DNA from: Chloroflexota bacterium
GTDB lineage: Bacteria > Chloroflexota > UBA11872 > VXNJ01
Assembly: GCA_965217845.1 (NCBI GenBank)
Contig: OZ244573.1
Coordinates: 2,275,663-2,339,662 of the forward strand
Reading direction: 5' to 3'
DNA: 64,000 nt
Shown: positions 17,123-26,701 of the stretch, one piece after another
How the letters are laid out: each line of letters starts with the position of its first letter
How positions within the stretch are numbered: position 1 is the stretch's first letter
Program-made: the position numbers and the translations under genes
The notes under the pieces: generated by a model
The model's input: only the letters and a program-made list of their open reading frames with translations
Told to the model about the DNA's origin: nothing
The model's database searches: none

Positions 17123-18685
17123 ATGGACAACGCCGCGCTGACCGACCAGATCGCCGCCGCCAACCTTTCCGAGGAGGCGCGCGCCGTCGCCGGCGAAGTC
17201 GCCCGCGCGCTGGAGCAGACGGATGCGCCCGCCGCCGAAGTGTTCCAGGCGAGGGAATACCTCGCCAATCTACTGGCGCTGCCCTGGCCGGAACCGGATC
17301 CGCCGCCCAATGCCGATCCCGAGACAGTTGTCACAGAGGTCGACATCGGCCAATACGCGCCGCCATTCAACCGCCGCCTGTTAGTCGACTGGATGCTCTC
17401 GGCGCACCGAGCCGAATCACCCGGCGCGGCCCTGCTGTGCGGGCCACCGGGCAGCGGCCGGCGCAGCCTGGCAAAGCGCGTGGCAAAGGCCCTGAACTTG
17501 CCGACGGCCACCATCGACCTGGTAGGAACGGTTGGCGAAAACGATCTGTTCGGCTCCGGATCGTCGCACACTCGCGGCACTATCGGTTCGCTGGCGCGGG
17601 CGTTGGCCGCAAATGGCTCCCGCCGCGGGGTGATCATACTGGCCAATGTTCACTGGGCGGTGGCCAACTGGCCCGATCGCGGGGCGAGGCTGCTTTCGCT
17701 GGTCAACGATTCCGAGGCCAGGCGGAATTGGCGTGATCAATACCTGGATGTCGGCTTCGACCTGCGATCGACGCTCTTGGTGCTCACCGCCGACGGGGGC
17801 AGCGCGTTGCCGCCCGAAATCGTCGACCGGATGCTGCTGGTCGACTGCCCCGGTTACACCCGTAGCGAACGCGCCCGGATCGCGCAGACCCTGCTCTGGG
17901 ACGAAATCAAGTCCCGCTACGCAATTGCCGATCAGGTAGCGCTGGGCGAGGATGCCGCCGAAGTGCTCGTCAGCGAATACACGCCCGAGGCCGGACTGGC
18001 CGCCACTAGCATCGCACTGACCGAAATGGCGCGCAGCGTGGCCGCCGCCCCGGAGGGATCTACGCCCCCGCTGATCGACGCGCCCGGACTGAGCAAGATT
18101 CTGGGCAAACCGCGGCGCTACTACCGGGATGAAGGCGGCTACGCCCGTCCCGGCGCCTGCCGAACGCTGCAGCTTGGCCCCCAGGGCGCCAACGTGCAGT
18201 TGATCGAAGCGGTTCCGGTGCCCGGAGGACGCTACTACCTGACCCCGGAGGGGACATCGGCCCCGGTCAACAAGGCCTGCGACACGGCCTATTACTACGT
18301 ACGCTCGCGGATGACCGAACTCGACATTTCGGCGCGCCAGCTATTCGAGTACGGTTACAAGATCAACCACAACCTGGGCGCCACCGACCAGGACTCCGAG
18401 GCTCTTACGCTGCCGGTGCTGGTGGCACTGATCTCGGCGCTGCGCGATCGCCCGATCGACCCCGAGACCGCGGTCGTTGGCGAGATGAATCAGAACGGGC
18501 TGCTGATGGGTGGATTCGGGTTGTCGCATCGGTTGTTGGCCGCCCAGCGCGCCGGAATCCGCCGGTTGCTGCTCCCGCGCGCCAACGCGCCCGATATCGA
18601 AGAGCTGCCGCCGGGACTGGAAAACGACCTGACCCTGATCATGGTCTCCGATGCCGATCAGGCGATCAGGGTGGCCCTGAGTTGA
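17123..18685 (+). CDS. Lon-like AAA+/S16 protein lacking N-domain and catalytic residues (putative pseudoenzyme)
   Basis: Colinear with LonA from the three-helix bundle on: LPW, GPPGSGRRS, DQYLDVGFDL, DRM, GYT, YTPEAG, LLAAQRAGI, DIEELP. Confidence 0.88.
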   Translation: MDNAALTDQIAAANLSEEARAVAGEVARALEQTDAPAAEVFQAREYLANLLALPWPEPDPPPNADPETVVTEVDIGQYAPPFNRRLLVDWMLSAHRAESPGAALLCGPPGSGRRSLAKRVAKALNLPTATIDLVGTVGENDLFGSGSSHTRGTIGSLARALAANGSRRGVIILANVHWAVANWPDRGARLLSLVNDSEARRNWRDQYLDVGFDLRSTLLVLTADGGSALPPEIVDRMLLVDCPGYTRSERARIAQTLLWDEIKSRYAIADQVALGEDAAEVLVSEYTPEAGLAATSIALTEMARSVAAAPEGSTPPLIDAPGLSKILGKPRRYYRDEGGYARPGACRTLQLGPQGANVQLIEAVPVPGGRYYLTPEGTSAPVNKACDTAYYYVRSRMTELDISARQLFEYGYKINHNLGATDQDSEALTLPVLVALISALRDRPIDPETAVVGEMNQNGLLMGGFGLSHRLLAAQRAGIRRLLLPRANAPDIEELPPGLENDLTLIMVSDADQAIRVALS

Positions 18686-18715
18686 ACCCTTCCGCCGGGG
18701 TCCGCTGAGGCGCAG

Positions 18716-19774
18716 ATGTTCGGCGTCGGCATAACCGAATTCCTCTTCATCCTCGCGATCGCAATGATCGTGCTCGGCCCCGACCGTCTGCCGGAGGCGA
18801 TGGGAAGACTGGGAAGAATGGTGCGCCAACTGCGGGTATGGGCCCACGAATTCCGGGCCGAATTCGATGAGGAGATCCAGCTCCTGCGCGGTGAAGTCGA
18901 AGCACTGCAGCGCGAGGCCGAGCTAACCCGCCAGGAACTGCAGGAGATCCATGCCGAGGTTGCGGCGACGGTGGGTGAGGCCCAGGAGGACTTAGACAGC
19001 GCCGCCCAGGATATTGCCACCGAGTTAGGCGCGGCCACCGATGCCGCCGATTCCCAGCTCGGCGCCGCCGCCAGGACGTTGACCGATCCGACCCCGACGG
19101 CCCCATCTGCGACCGCGCCGAAACCGGTCGCGGCCCAGGCCTTGCCGTTCGCTGCCAACCAACCCGCGGAGGCCATGGCGAGCGCCATCACGCAGGCGTT
19201 TGCCCCCTCGAATGGCGGACCGGCCGCATCGCCGGCCGCAGTCCCGGCGGCGGCGCGCTGGCAAAGTCCACCCGAACCTGAGCCACCTGCCTTGCCAGAA
19301 GGCGGCGTGACCATGACGCGGTTCGCGCCCGACCACGGTCAATATGCGGCGCTGCTGCGCGCCGCCGCCGGGGCCGGCGCCAAGTCGCTGGGCGCCAGCC
19401 GCGAAGCCCTCCGCAACCAGGGTCGCCGCGACGCGGGCGAACTGGACGGATACGCCGGCAAGGGGCCGATGGCGGCGGCGTTGCTCTGGGCGGGCAGCAT
19501 CCAGGCGCATGTCGACAGGGACGCGATCCAGGTCGAACGCGAAGACGATGCCGACCCGGTGCAGGTGACCGTATCCCTGACCCGGGACCCACACGGTCTG
19601 GAACGGCCCATCGATGCTCCAGCCGCCCGCCTGGCACGCTATTACGACCGGGCCTTTTTCGCCGGCTTAGGAGTGGCCATGGAGGATGGATCGCTGTTGG
19701 CCGAAGGCGCCGAGCGAACCCGGTTCGTGTTGACCGATCTAGCCGCCAGCGAAGCCGACGACGCCCCCGAGTAG
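18716..19774 (+). CDS. tatB: TatB-like Tat translocase subunit with long linker and extra C-terminal domain
   Basis: MFGVGITEFLFILAIAMIVLGPDRLPEAMGRLGRMVRQLR; coiled coil; Pro/Ala linker; about 150 aa C-terminal domain. Confidence 0.8.
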   Translation: MFGVGITEFLFILAIAMIVLGPDRLPEAMGRLGRMVRQLRVWAHEFRAEFDEEIQLLRGEVEALQREAELTRQELQEIHAEVAATVGEAQEDLDSAAQDIATELGAATDAADSQLGAAARTLTDPTPTAPSATAPKPVAAQALPFAANQPAEAMASAITQAFAPSNGGPAASPAAVPAAARWQSPPEPEPPALPEGGVTMTRFAPDHGQYAALLRAAAGAGAKSLGASREALRNQGRRDAGELDGYAGKGPMAAALLWAGSIQAHVDRDAIQVEREDDADPVQVTVSLTRDPHGLERPIDAPAARLARYYDRAFFAGLGVAMEDGSLLAEGAERTRFVLTDLAASEADDAPE

Positions 19775-19779
19775 CTGCC

Positions 19780-20817
19780 ATGCAAACCAGGAGCAAGACC
19801 TCGTGGGTAACCTCGCACCAGTTGCAGAACCTTGTCGGAGAACTTCTCGCCGGCGCCGGCGTGGACCCGGTTTCCGCCGCCGCCGCGGCGGCGGCATTGG
19901 TCGATTCGGACCTGCGCGGCCACCATAGTCACGGCGCGTTCTTGGCGCTGACCTACCGCAATGAAATTGCCGCCGGCACGCTCGACCCGCGCGCCCAGGC
20001 GCAGATCGCGAGCCGGCGCGGTGCCACGGCCCGAATCGACGGCGGCGGCGGATTGGGGCAATCGGCGGCACGCTTGGCCATGCGGACCGCAATCGAATTG
20101 GCCCGCACCCATGGCATCGGTGCGGTAAGCGTTACCCGCAGTGGTCATTTCGGGGCCGGCGCCTACTGGGTCGAGATGGCCGCCGAAGCCGGCTTGATCG
20201 GTTTCGCCACGTCGACCGAACCGGCCGGCTGGCTCACCGCCCCGGGGGCGATCGAACCAGCTTTCGCCAATCTGCCCTGGGCATGGGCCTTCCCCGGACG
20301 CAACAGCGAGCATCTGGTGCTGGACATGGCCACCGGCGCTATAGCCGACGGCAAACTCAGGCTCGCCCGGTTGGGAATAGGGCAGCTCCCGCCGGGGTCG
20401 ACCGTAGATGGGCAAGGGAAGCCCGCCACCGACCCCGATCTGGCCCGGATGATTCTGCCCCTGGCCGGCGCCAAGGGCCTGGCGTTGACGCTGGCCTGCG
20501 ATGCCCTGGCCGGAATCCTCGGCGGCCTGGGAGGCACCACCACGCGCGGCCGCCGCCCGATCCATGGCAGCGGATCCACGGGCCAGTTTCATTTGGCCAT
20601 ACACGTGGACGCCTTTGGCGATCCGGACGAATTTGCCACCAACCTGGCCGAACAACTGGACGCATTGCAAGCGACCCGCACCGCCCCCGGGGCCGCGCCG
20701 GTCCGCACCCCGGGATCACGCGGGCGAGAATGGCGGCGTCGCCAGTTACGCGAGGGCATCGCTCTGCCGGAGCCGATATGGCGGCAGTTGCAGGAAGCTG
20801 CCGGAACGCGATCATGA
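19780..20817 (+). CDS. Ldh_2 family (malate/L-lactate/ureidoglycolate-type) oxidoreductase
   Basis: DLRGHHSHG, IDGGGGLGQ, SGHFGA, LDMAT, GAKG. Confidence 0.88.
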   Translation: MQTRSKTSWVTSHQLQNLVGELLAGAGVDPVSAAAAAAALVDSDLRGHHSHGAFLALTYRNEIAAGTLDPRAQAQIASRRGATARIDGGGGLGQSAARLAMRTAIELARTHGIGAVSVTRSGHFGAGAYWVEMAAEAGLIGFATSTEPAGWLTAPGAIEPAFANLPWAWAFPGRNSEHLVLDMATGAIADGKLRLARLGIGQLPPGSTVDGQGKPATDPDLARMILPLAGAKGLALTLACDALAGILGGLGGTTTRGRRPIHGSGSTGQFHLAIHVDAFGDPDEFATNLAEQLDALQATRTAPGAAPVRTPGSRGREWRRRQLREGIALPEPIWRQLQEAAGTRS

Positions 20818-21686
20818 TCCAGCTGCGGGACCGCTGCCACGCGGCCGAGGAACTAATCCTGAGTGGCGATACCCGCGCGATCAGCGCCATCGCCGATCTG
20901 CTTGAGCCGGGCTACCTGGGCAGGGTTGCGGCCCGCCTGGCGCAACCCGATACTCGCCTGCTGCTGGCGACCGGATTCCTCGTTATCGGGTCCGGACGCG
21001 CCGAAACCGACGGCCCGCTGGGGGCGCGCGCAATCTGTGACGCGGTCGCACTGGCCGGGGGTCAGGTGTGCGTGGTCTGTGACGAACCGACCGTCGATGT
21101 GGTCGGGGCCGCGATCGGCCAATCGGCGCAAATTGCGGTCATGCCGATCGGCGATGACGAGCAGGCGCGGATCTGGTCGAACGCCCAGCGGACGCGGTTT
21201 CGCGCCAACGCGGTCGGTTTCATCGAGCGCTGCGGCCGCGACGCCACCGGTTGCTTCCACTCCATGCACGGGAAAGATATCAGTGCCGTTACCGCTCGCA
21301 CCGATCACCTCATCTCGCCAGCGGTTACAAGTTTTTCCATCGGCGACGGGGGCAACGAAGCCGGTTTCGGCCCATTTGCGCAAGCGCTGCGCGAGCGGGG
21401 CGTAATGCCTTGGCCGTCGGCCTCGGTCGTGGACGAACTGATCATCGCTTCGGTTTCGAATTGGGGTGGATACGCGCTCGCGGCCGCAATCGCCTGGACC
21501 GCCGGCCTGTCTCCGGGGGCCGTGCTGCCGGATGAGGACCGGCTCGCCGGACGCGTCCGAGAACTGCTAAACGCCGGCGCGGTCGACGGAATGTCGGGGT
21601 TGAGCGAGGCCAAAGTGGACGGGCGCGAGCTCGAATCCGAATTCGCCATCCTGGGCGAACTGCGTCGTATCGGAGGTCAGGCTTGA
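20814..21686 (+). CDS. D-glutamate cyclase-like protein (DUF4392)
   Basis: TGF..ETDGPLGA, IERCGR, IGDGGNEAG, SVSNWGGY; ATGA overlap with upstream gene. Confidence 0.85.
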   Translation: MIQLRDRCHAAEELILSGDTRAISAIADLLEPGYLGRVAARLAQPDTRLLLATGFLVIGSGRAETDGPLGARAICDAVALAGGQVCVVCDEPTVDVVGAAIGQSAQIAVMPIGDDEQARIWSNAQRTRFRANAVGFIERCGRDATGCFHSMHGKDISAVTARTDHLISPAVTSFSIGDGGNEAGFGPFAQALRERGVMPWPSASVVDELIIASVSNWGGYALAAAIAWTAGLSPGAVLPDEDRLAGRVRELLNAGAVDGMSGLSEAKVDGRELESEFAILGELRRIGGQA

Positions 21687-21720
21687 TCCCGGCATTTTGC
21701 AGGCACGGAACCGGCGGCTG

Positions 21721-22743
21721 ATGCTAAAAATTCGGCTCGGCCGCACCGAGGCCCTGGTCTCCAAACTGGGGTCCGGCACCATGTGGTTTAGGCGCATGCG
21801 CCAGTCCGAATGCGACGCCGCCGTCAGCCACGCGCTCGACCGCGGCGTGAACTACTTCGATTGCGCCCGCGCCTATGGAGATGCCGAGATAAAGCTGGGG
21901 CGGGCCCTGGGCAACCGCCGCGACGAGGCGTTCATCGCCACCAAGTCGAGGGCCCTGGACGCGACCGGCGCGTCGGCCGGAATCGACGAAAGCCGCTCTC
22001 GCCTGGGCGTTGACCGCATTGACCTACTCCAATTTCACTACGTCAATCGCCAGCGCGAATTCGAGCAAATAACGGCCTCCGGCGGGGGCCTGGAGGGGGC
22101 GCTGGCAGCCCAGGCCGAAGGACGCATCAACCATATCGGCATCACCGGTCACCGGCCCGAGAAACTGGCCCAGTGGCTCGCTGACGGTCGATTCGCGACC
22201 GTCCTGTTCCACCTGTCGCCGGTTCAGCCGCATGCCGCCCGCGACCTGCTGCCGGCCGCGCGCGCCCTCGACGTGGGCACGATGGCAATGCGTCCCACCG
22301 GATCCGGCGTGACCAATCAGTACCGCCAGTTCCTGCGCTTTGCGGCCAGCCAGAACCCGGACGTGATCGTCTCCGGACTCACCACCCCGGCGATCATCGA
22401 CGCCAACGTCGACGCCCTCGCCGAGCTGCCGGATCGCCAGGAAACGCTGCAGCTGCAGCGGTTGGCCGACACCTACGGGGCCAATTTCTGCCGTCGCTGC
22501 AGCTATTGCGAATGCCCGATCGAGATCGACATCCCGGAGGCCATGCTGACCGAACACGTATGGCGCGCCGGGGCCCTTTCGGAGGGTGGAGCCGAAACCT
22601 GGAATGAAGCGGTGGCCAGCGTCGGCGGCTGCGCCGACAATGAACCCTGCCGCACCGCCCCGCTGTGTGAACCGCTCTGCCCCTACGAACTGCCGATACG
22701 GCGAACCATGATGGGGATAGCAGACTCGCTGAACTCGGGGTGA
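21721..22743 (+). CDS. Aldo/keto reductase with C-terminal Fe-S motifs
   Basis: GVNYFDCARAYG, IATK, IDLLQFH; CRRCSYCECP and CEPLCP. Confidence 0.88.
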   Translation: MLKIRLGRTEALVSKLGSGTMWFRRMRQSECDAAVSHALDRGVNYFDCARAYGDAEIKLGRALGNRRDEAFIATKSRALDATGASAGIDESRSRLGVDRIDLLQFHYVNRQREFEQITASGGGLEGALAAQAEGRINHIGITGHRPEKLAQWLADGRFATVLFHLSPVQPHAARDLLPAARALDVGTMAMRPTGSGVTNQYRQFLRFAASQNPDVIVSGLTTPAIIDANVDALAELPDRQETLQLQRLADTYGANFCRRCSYCECPIEIDIPEAMLTEHVWRAGALSEGGAETWNEAVASVGGCADNEPCRTAPLCEPLCPYELPIRRTMMGIADSLNSG

Positions 22744-23294
22744 ACTTGCACCTTGTTCCGCAGAGCTTTCCGATTCTGCTGCTGCGGATGGCGCTCATGT
22801 CACCGCAGGCGTGGCGGCTGCTGCTGGCCGATCCCAGGTTCTTTCGTATCGGGTTGCTGCTGGCGGCCGGGGCCGGGGCCAGCGGGGCCCTGGGCCTGAG
22901 CATCGGGCGCCCCCTTGACTGGGGCGAACTGGCGGCAAGCGCCGCCGTCGCAGTCCTGGGAACTACCTTAGGCTGCCTGTTCGTGGGCGCCAGCGCGCAT
23001 TTACTCGTGAACCGGATCGGCCCCGGTCGCGCCCCGCTATCGGTCACCATCGGGGCGGTGGGCTGCGCTCATGTGATCGGATTTCTGCAACTGTTAATGG
23101 TCCTGCCGGCCTGGACATTTGGGATCTGGGCGATTGCCATGGTCTGGACGTTACTGGCCGCCAGCGCCGGGGTAGCGATGGCGACGCGGGCTTCCCTGGC
23201 CATCTGCCTGCCGGCTGTGATCGCACCTTGGGCGATCTGGGCGGTGTTGCAACTCTCGGCCTGGGTGCTGTTGGGCGGGGCGGCAATCACCTAG
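22740..23294 (+). CDS. Polytopic membrane protein (possibly Yip1-like)
   Basis: About five hydrophobic segments; GTGA overlap with AKR stop. Confidence 0.65.
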   Translation: MNLHLVPQSFPILLLRMALMSPQAWRLLLADPRFFRIGLLLAAGAGASGALGLSIGRPLDWGELAASAAVAVLGTTLGCLFVGASAHLLVNRIGPGRAPLSVTIGAVGCAHVIGFLQLLMVLPAWTFGIWAIAMVWTLLAASAGVAMATRASLAICLPAVIAPWAIWAVLQLSAWVLLGGAAIT

Positions 23295-23302
23295 ATCGAT
23301 TG

Positions 23303-23680
23303 CTAGCGGCGCGTTACCTTGTCCGATGAGATGATCCCGGCCGCGCGGCCGCGGCGCGGCGCAAATCCACGATAGGCCATTTCCAGGATCGGCAGCAGGC
23401 CCAGCAGATCCACTGCCAGCGCCAGGTGCGCCAGGCAGGGAATCTCACGGGCAATCTCAACCAGTGCTCGCGCCCCGCCCAGCAGCTGCCCCGCTGCCAG
23501 CAGGCGAATTGAACCGGTCTCGACGGCCGCGGCCGGGCCGAGCTCGAATTCCGCGGCCGGGCCGATACCAAGGTTTTGTTCGCGATCGAGCCGGGCGATT
23601 AGCGCCGCTGCAAAGCGACAGAACCCGCATGTGGCGTCGTAGATGACGATCGCGCGCGGCTCGGAATTGATGTTGTTCAT
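23303..23680 (-). CDS. DCC1-like thiol-disulfide oxidoreductase (DUF393)
   Basis: VIYDATCGFC (DxxCxxC); C-terminal YRGFAPRR. Confidence 0.82.
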   Translation of the reverse strand: MNNINSEPRAIVIYDATCGFCRFAAALIARLDREQNLGIGPAAEFELGPAAAVETGSIRLLAAGQLLGGARALVEIAREIPCLAHLALAVDLLGLLPILEMAYRGFAPRRGRAAGIISSDKVTRR

Positions 23681-23855
23681 CTGCTGGATCGATTGACGCC
23701 CGAATCGGTGCGCGGCCCCACTGGCGGGATTGCCGCGGCAAAGATTCTGGCACGGACCCGCGCGAGCGGTCCAAGAATCTTGCGGTCCGCCGCACCTGGG
23801 TTCCACCTGCAAAACATACGAGAATCCCAGTTGGAGCGGGCAACCCGCAATCCGG

Positions 23856-23949
23856 GGAGAGGTGCCCGAGTGGTCATAAGGGGTCCGTCTCGAAAACGGA
23901 TAGGCGTGGATTAAGCGCCACGTGGGTTCGAATCCCACCCTCTCCGCCA
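23856..23949 (+). tRNA. tRNA-Ser(CGA)
   Basis: GGAGAGG/CCTCTCC acceptor, TCCGT-CT CGA AA-ACGGA anticodon arm, long variable arm, GTTCGAATC, CCA. Confidence 0.96.
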
Positions 23950-24003
23950 CCGGCCGCTAGATAATGCGAACTCGTATGGGCGGACCAACCCGCTCCGACC
24001 CAG

Positions 24004-24090
24004 GGAGAGGTCGCATAGTGGACTAGTGCGCACGCCTGGAAAGTGTGTAGGGTAATACCCTCGTGGGTTCGAATCCCACCCTCTCCGCCA
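24004..24090 (+). tRNA. tRNA-Ser(GGA)
   Basis: GGAGAGG/CCTCTCC acceptor, CACGC-CT GGA AA-GTGTG, variable arm, CCA. Confidence 0.96.
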
Positions 24091-24152
24091 CGGCGCCGGG
24101 GCCCCTGCGGGCCCGGCCCGCCGCCAACCTTTTACCCCGAAAGTCACCCGTG

Positions 24153-25028
24153 ATGGAACTGGTCGACAGCCATCACCACCTCTGGTGGATTGACATCTCC
24201 GAATTGAATTGGCTGACCGACGAGATGCGCGCCGGCGGCGGCGCCACTATCACCGACTTCGACCTCGCGCAAATGGAGGAGACGTTTGCCACGGTCGGTG
24301 TCAGCCGCTCCGTCCTGATCGAGGCCTGGCATGCCGAGGCCGACCAGATTCATTGGCTCAAGGACACCTCCGATCACCCCATAGTTGGAGCCGTGATCGC
24401 CTGGGCACCGCTTGAATCGCCGGAATTGCGGCGGCACCTGGACCGCTTTTGCGGGTACCCGAAATTTAGGGGGCTGCGGGTGAGCCCCGAGAACGATCCC
24501 GACCCCGATTTCCTGCAACGTCCCGACATCCGCGCCGGCGTCGCCCAGCTCGCGGAGCGCGAGGGTTTGACGCTCGATCTTTTGGTAAAGCTCAGCGACC
24601 TCAAGGACGTCCCCGATTTGTGCGCCAGCTTCCCCAACCTGCCCATGGTGCTGGACCACCTGGCCAAGCCGCAGACCTACCAGGACGGATATTTCGAGGC
24701 CTGGTCCGAATTGATGCTGCCGTTGATTGACCTGCCCAATCTCCAGTTCAAGCTGTCGGGCATGCTCACCGAGGCCGGACCCGAGCCCACCGCCCCGCAA
24801 TTGGCGCGCCCGGTCCGATTCATGCTGGAGAAATTCGGGCCCGCGCGCTTGATGTGGGGCAGCGACTGGCCGGTGTGTCTTAACGCCGCCGGCTACCGCG
24901 AGAACTTTGCCCTCATGCAGGCTGCGATCGGACCACTCGCAAAAGCCGAGCGCGAAGCCCTGTTCGGCGGCAATGCCGCCGCTCACTACCGCTTGGCCGA
25001 CTGGCCCGGCAAGCCCCAAAACAGTTAA
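24153..25028 (+). CDS. Amidohydrolase, sugar-lactonase (L-fuconolactonase)-like
   Basis: DSHHHLW, LDHLAKP, KLSG, LMWGSDWPVC. Confidence 0.85.
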   Translation: MELVDSHHHLWWIDISELNWLTDEMRAGGGATITDFDLAQMEETFATVGVSRSVLIEAWHAEADQIHWLKDTSDHPIVGAVIAWAPLESPELRRHLDRFCGYPKFRGLRVSPENDPDPDFLQRPDIRAGVAQLAEREGLTLDLLVKLSDLKDVPDLCASFPNLPMVLDHLAKPQTYQDGYFEAWSELMLPLIDLPNLQFKLSGMLTEAGPEPTAPQLARPVRFMLEKFGPARLMWGSDWPVCLNAAGYRENFALMQAAIGPLAKAEREALFGGNAAAHYRLADWPGKPQNS

Positions 25029-25095
25029 TAATTCCGATGACCGCCCCGTCGGGGGCAGTGCCTGATTCGGATCCGCGCGGCACAAGGGATGGTGA

Positions 25096-26226
25096 GTGAT
25101 GGCGGTAACGAGCCCGCGACAGGACCGCGCCAGCCGGCGCAAGCTGGTCGCCCAGATAGTCGACACCGACATCCATCACGGTTTCGCGGAAGAGGCCGAA
25201 TTGCTGGCCCACGTCCCGCCCGAGTACCGTGAGCGCACGTCCTGGTACGGGTTACCGGTGGACTTTAATCCGGTGCAGAACAACGGCGGGATGCGCGGCG
25301 GGCGCAGCGATTTGGCCTTCGACTTTCCCGAGATCCCGGTCTCGACCCGCGAGTCCTCGCTACGGCGCTGCCGCGAGACCCTCCTGGATCGCTACGACAT
25401 CGACCTCGCGATCCTGACCGGGGGACAGATGTACGGGCAGACCGGAGCCATGGACTCCCAATACGCCTCGATCATGGCGCGCGCCTTCAACGACTGGACG
25501 CGCCGGCACTGGCTCGATGAGGACGACCGGTTGCGCTACGCGATGGCGGTGATACCGCTCGATCCGCCGGGAGCGGTGGCCGAAATCGAGCGCCTGGCGC
25601 CCGATCCGCGCGTGGTGGCGGTGCATCTGAACACCGGCGCGATGCGGCCGTTTGGCAACCCGATGTACCACTCGATCTGGGAGGCCGCCGCCAAACACGA
25701 CCTGACGTTGCAGTTGCACCTGGGCGGGGAGGGAATCGGGGTGCACCCGCCGATGACTTCGGCCGGATTTCCCACCCACTACGTCGAGCGGCGCATGGCC
25801 GAACCGGGTCTTTACCTGCCGCATGTGGCGAGTCTTATCTTCGAAGGCGTTTTCGGCAAATTCCCGAACTTGAAGCTGGTGCTGGCCGAGTCGGGTTTTA
25901 CCTGCCTGCCGCACTATCTCTGGCGGATGGATGCCTCCTGGAAGGGGCTACGGCACCAGGTCCCCTGGATCAAGGAGCTACCCAGCGAGATCTTTTACCG
26001 CCACGTCTGGGTAACGACCCAGCCGATGTACGAGTACAACGAAGACCATGCCAACCTATTGAAGATGGTCGAGTGGCTGCGCGGCGATCAGCGTTTTGTT
26101 TACGCCAGCGACTACCCGCATTGGGACTGGGACGATCCCAACGATGCGGCCCGCGCGTTCCCGTCCGAAATGCGCGAGCGGGTGTTCCACCGGAACGCTT
26201 TCGAAGCCTATCCGCGTCTCCGGTGA
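25096..26226 (+). CDS. Amidohydrolase_2-fold protein, probable dinuclear oxygenase subunit
   Basis: DTDIHH, LHLGG, LAESG, ASDYPHWD; coupled to Rieske gene. Confidence 0.85.
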   Translation: MMAVTSPRQDRASRRKLVAQIVDTDIHHGFAEEAELLAHVPPEYRERTSWYGLPVDFNPVQNNGGMRGGRSDLAFDFPEIPVSTRESSLRRCRETLLDRYDIDLAILTGGQMYGQTGAMDSQYASIMARAFNDWTRRHWLDEDDRLRYAMAVIPLDPPGAVAEIERLAPDPRVVAVHLNTGAMRPFGNPMYHSIWEAAAKHDLTLQLHLGGEGIGVHPPMTSAGFPTHYVERRMAEPGLYLPHVASLIFEGVFGKFPNLKLVLAESGFTCLPHYLWRMDASWKGLRHQVPWIKELPSEIFYRHVWVTTQPMYEYNEDHANLLKMVEWLRGDQRFVYASDYPHWDWDDPNDAARAFPSEMRERVFHRNAFEAYPRLR

Positions 26227-26648
26227 ACACCCGCGGGCGTCGCGCGCACCTGGTCTGCCGGGCCGAGGAGCTTGCTCCGGGGCAGAGGGTAATCGTTGTC
26301 TGCGGCGCGGTCGAAGTCGGAGTATTCAATCTCGACGGCGAATACTTCGCGCTGCTGAACCGTTGTCCGCACAAGTCGGCGCCGCTGTGCAAGGGAGTCC
26401 TGCGCGGGTACCTGACCGCCGATGAACCGCGCCAGCTAAAGATGTCGTCTTCCAACGAGGTAATCGGATGCCCGTGGCACGGTTGGGAATTTCAGATCCG
26501 CACCGGACGGTCATACTTCAATCCACACCGCGTCCGCGCCCGGCGCTATGACGCCGCGCGGATCAGCGGGCAGGAACTCGAGGAAGATCCTTCGGTGCCC
26601 ACCTATCCGGTGCAGCGCGAGGATGACTATATCGTCGTCTATGTTTGA
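26223..26648 (+). CDS. Rieske [2Fe-2S] ferredoxin
   Basis: CPH...CPWHGW; GTGA overlap. Confidence 0.9.
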   Translation: MNTRGRRAHLVCRAEELAPGQRVIVVCGAVEVGVFNLDGEYFALLNRCPHKSAPLCKGVLRGYLTADEPRQLKMSSSNEVIGCPWHGWEFQIRTGRSYFNPHRVRARRYDAARISGQELEEDPSVPTYPVQREDDYIVVYV

Positions 26649-26701
26649 GCGGGCGGGCCGGCCCACGCCAGCGCCCGGTCGGAGCAGATAGCGGGGCCCA
26701 G

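Noticed and set aside
23677-24147. Minus-strand ORF extensions such as MAERVGFEPT
   Set aside because: Antisense translation of the tRNA-Ser genes; only the DCC1-like part from 23680 is plausible.
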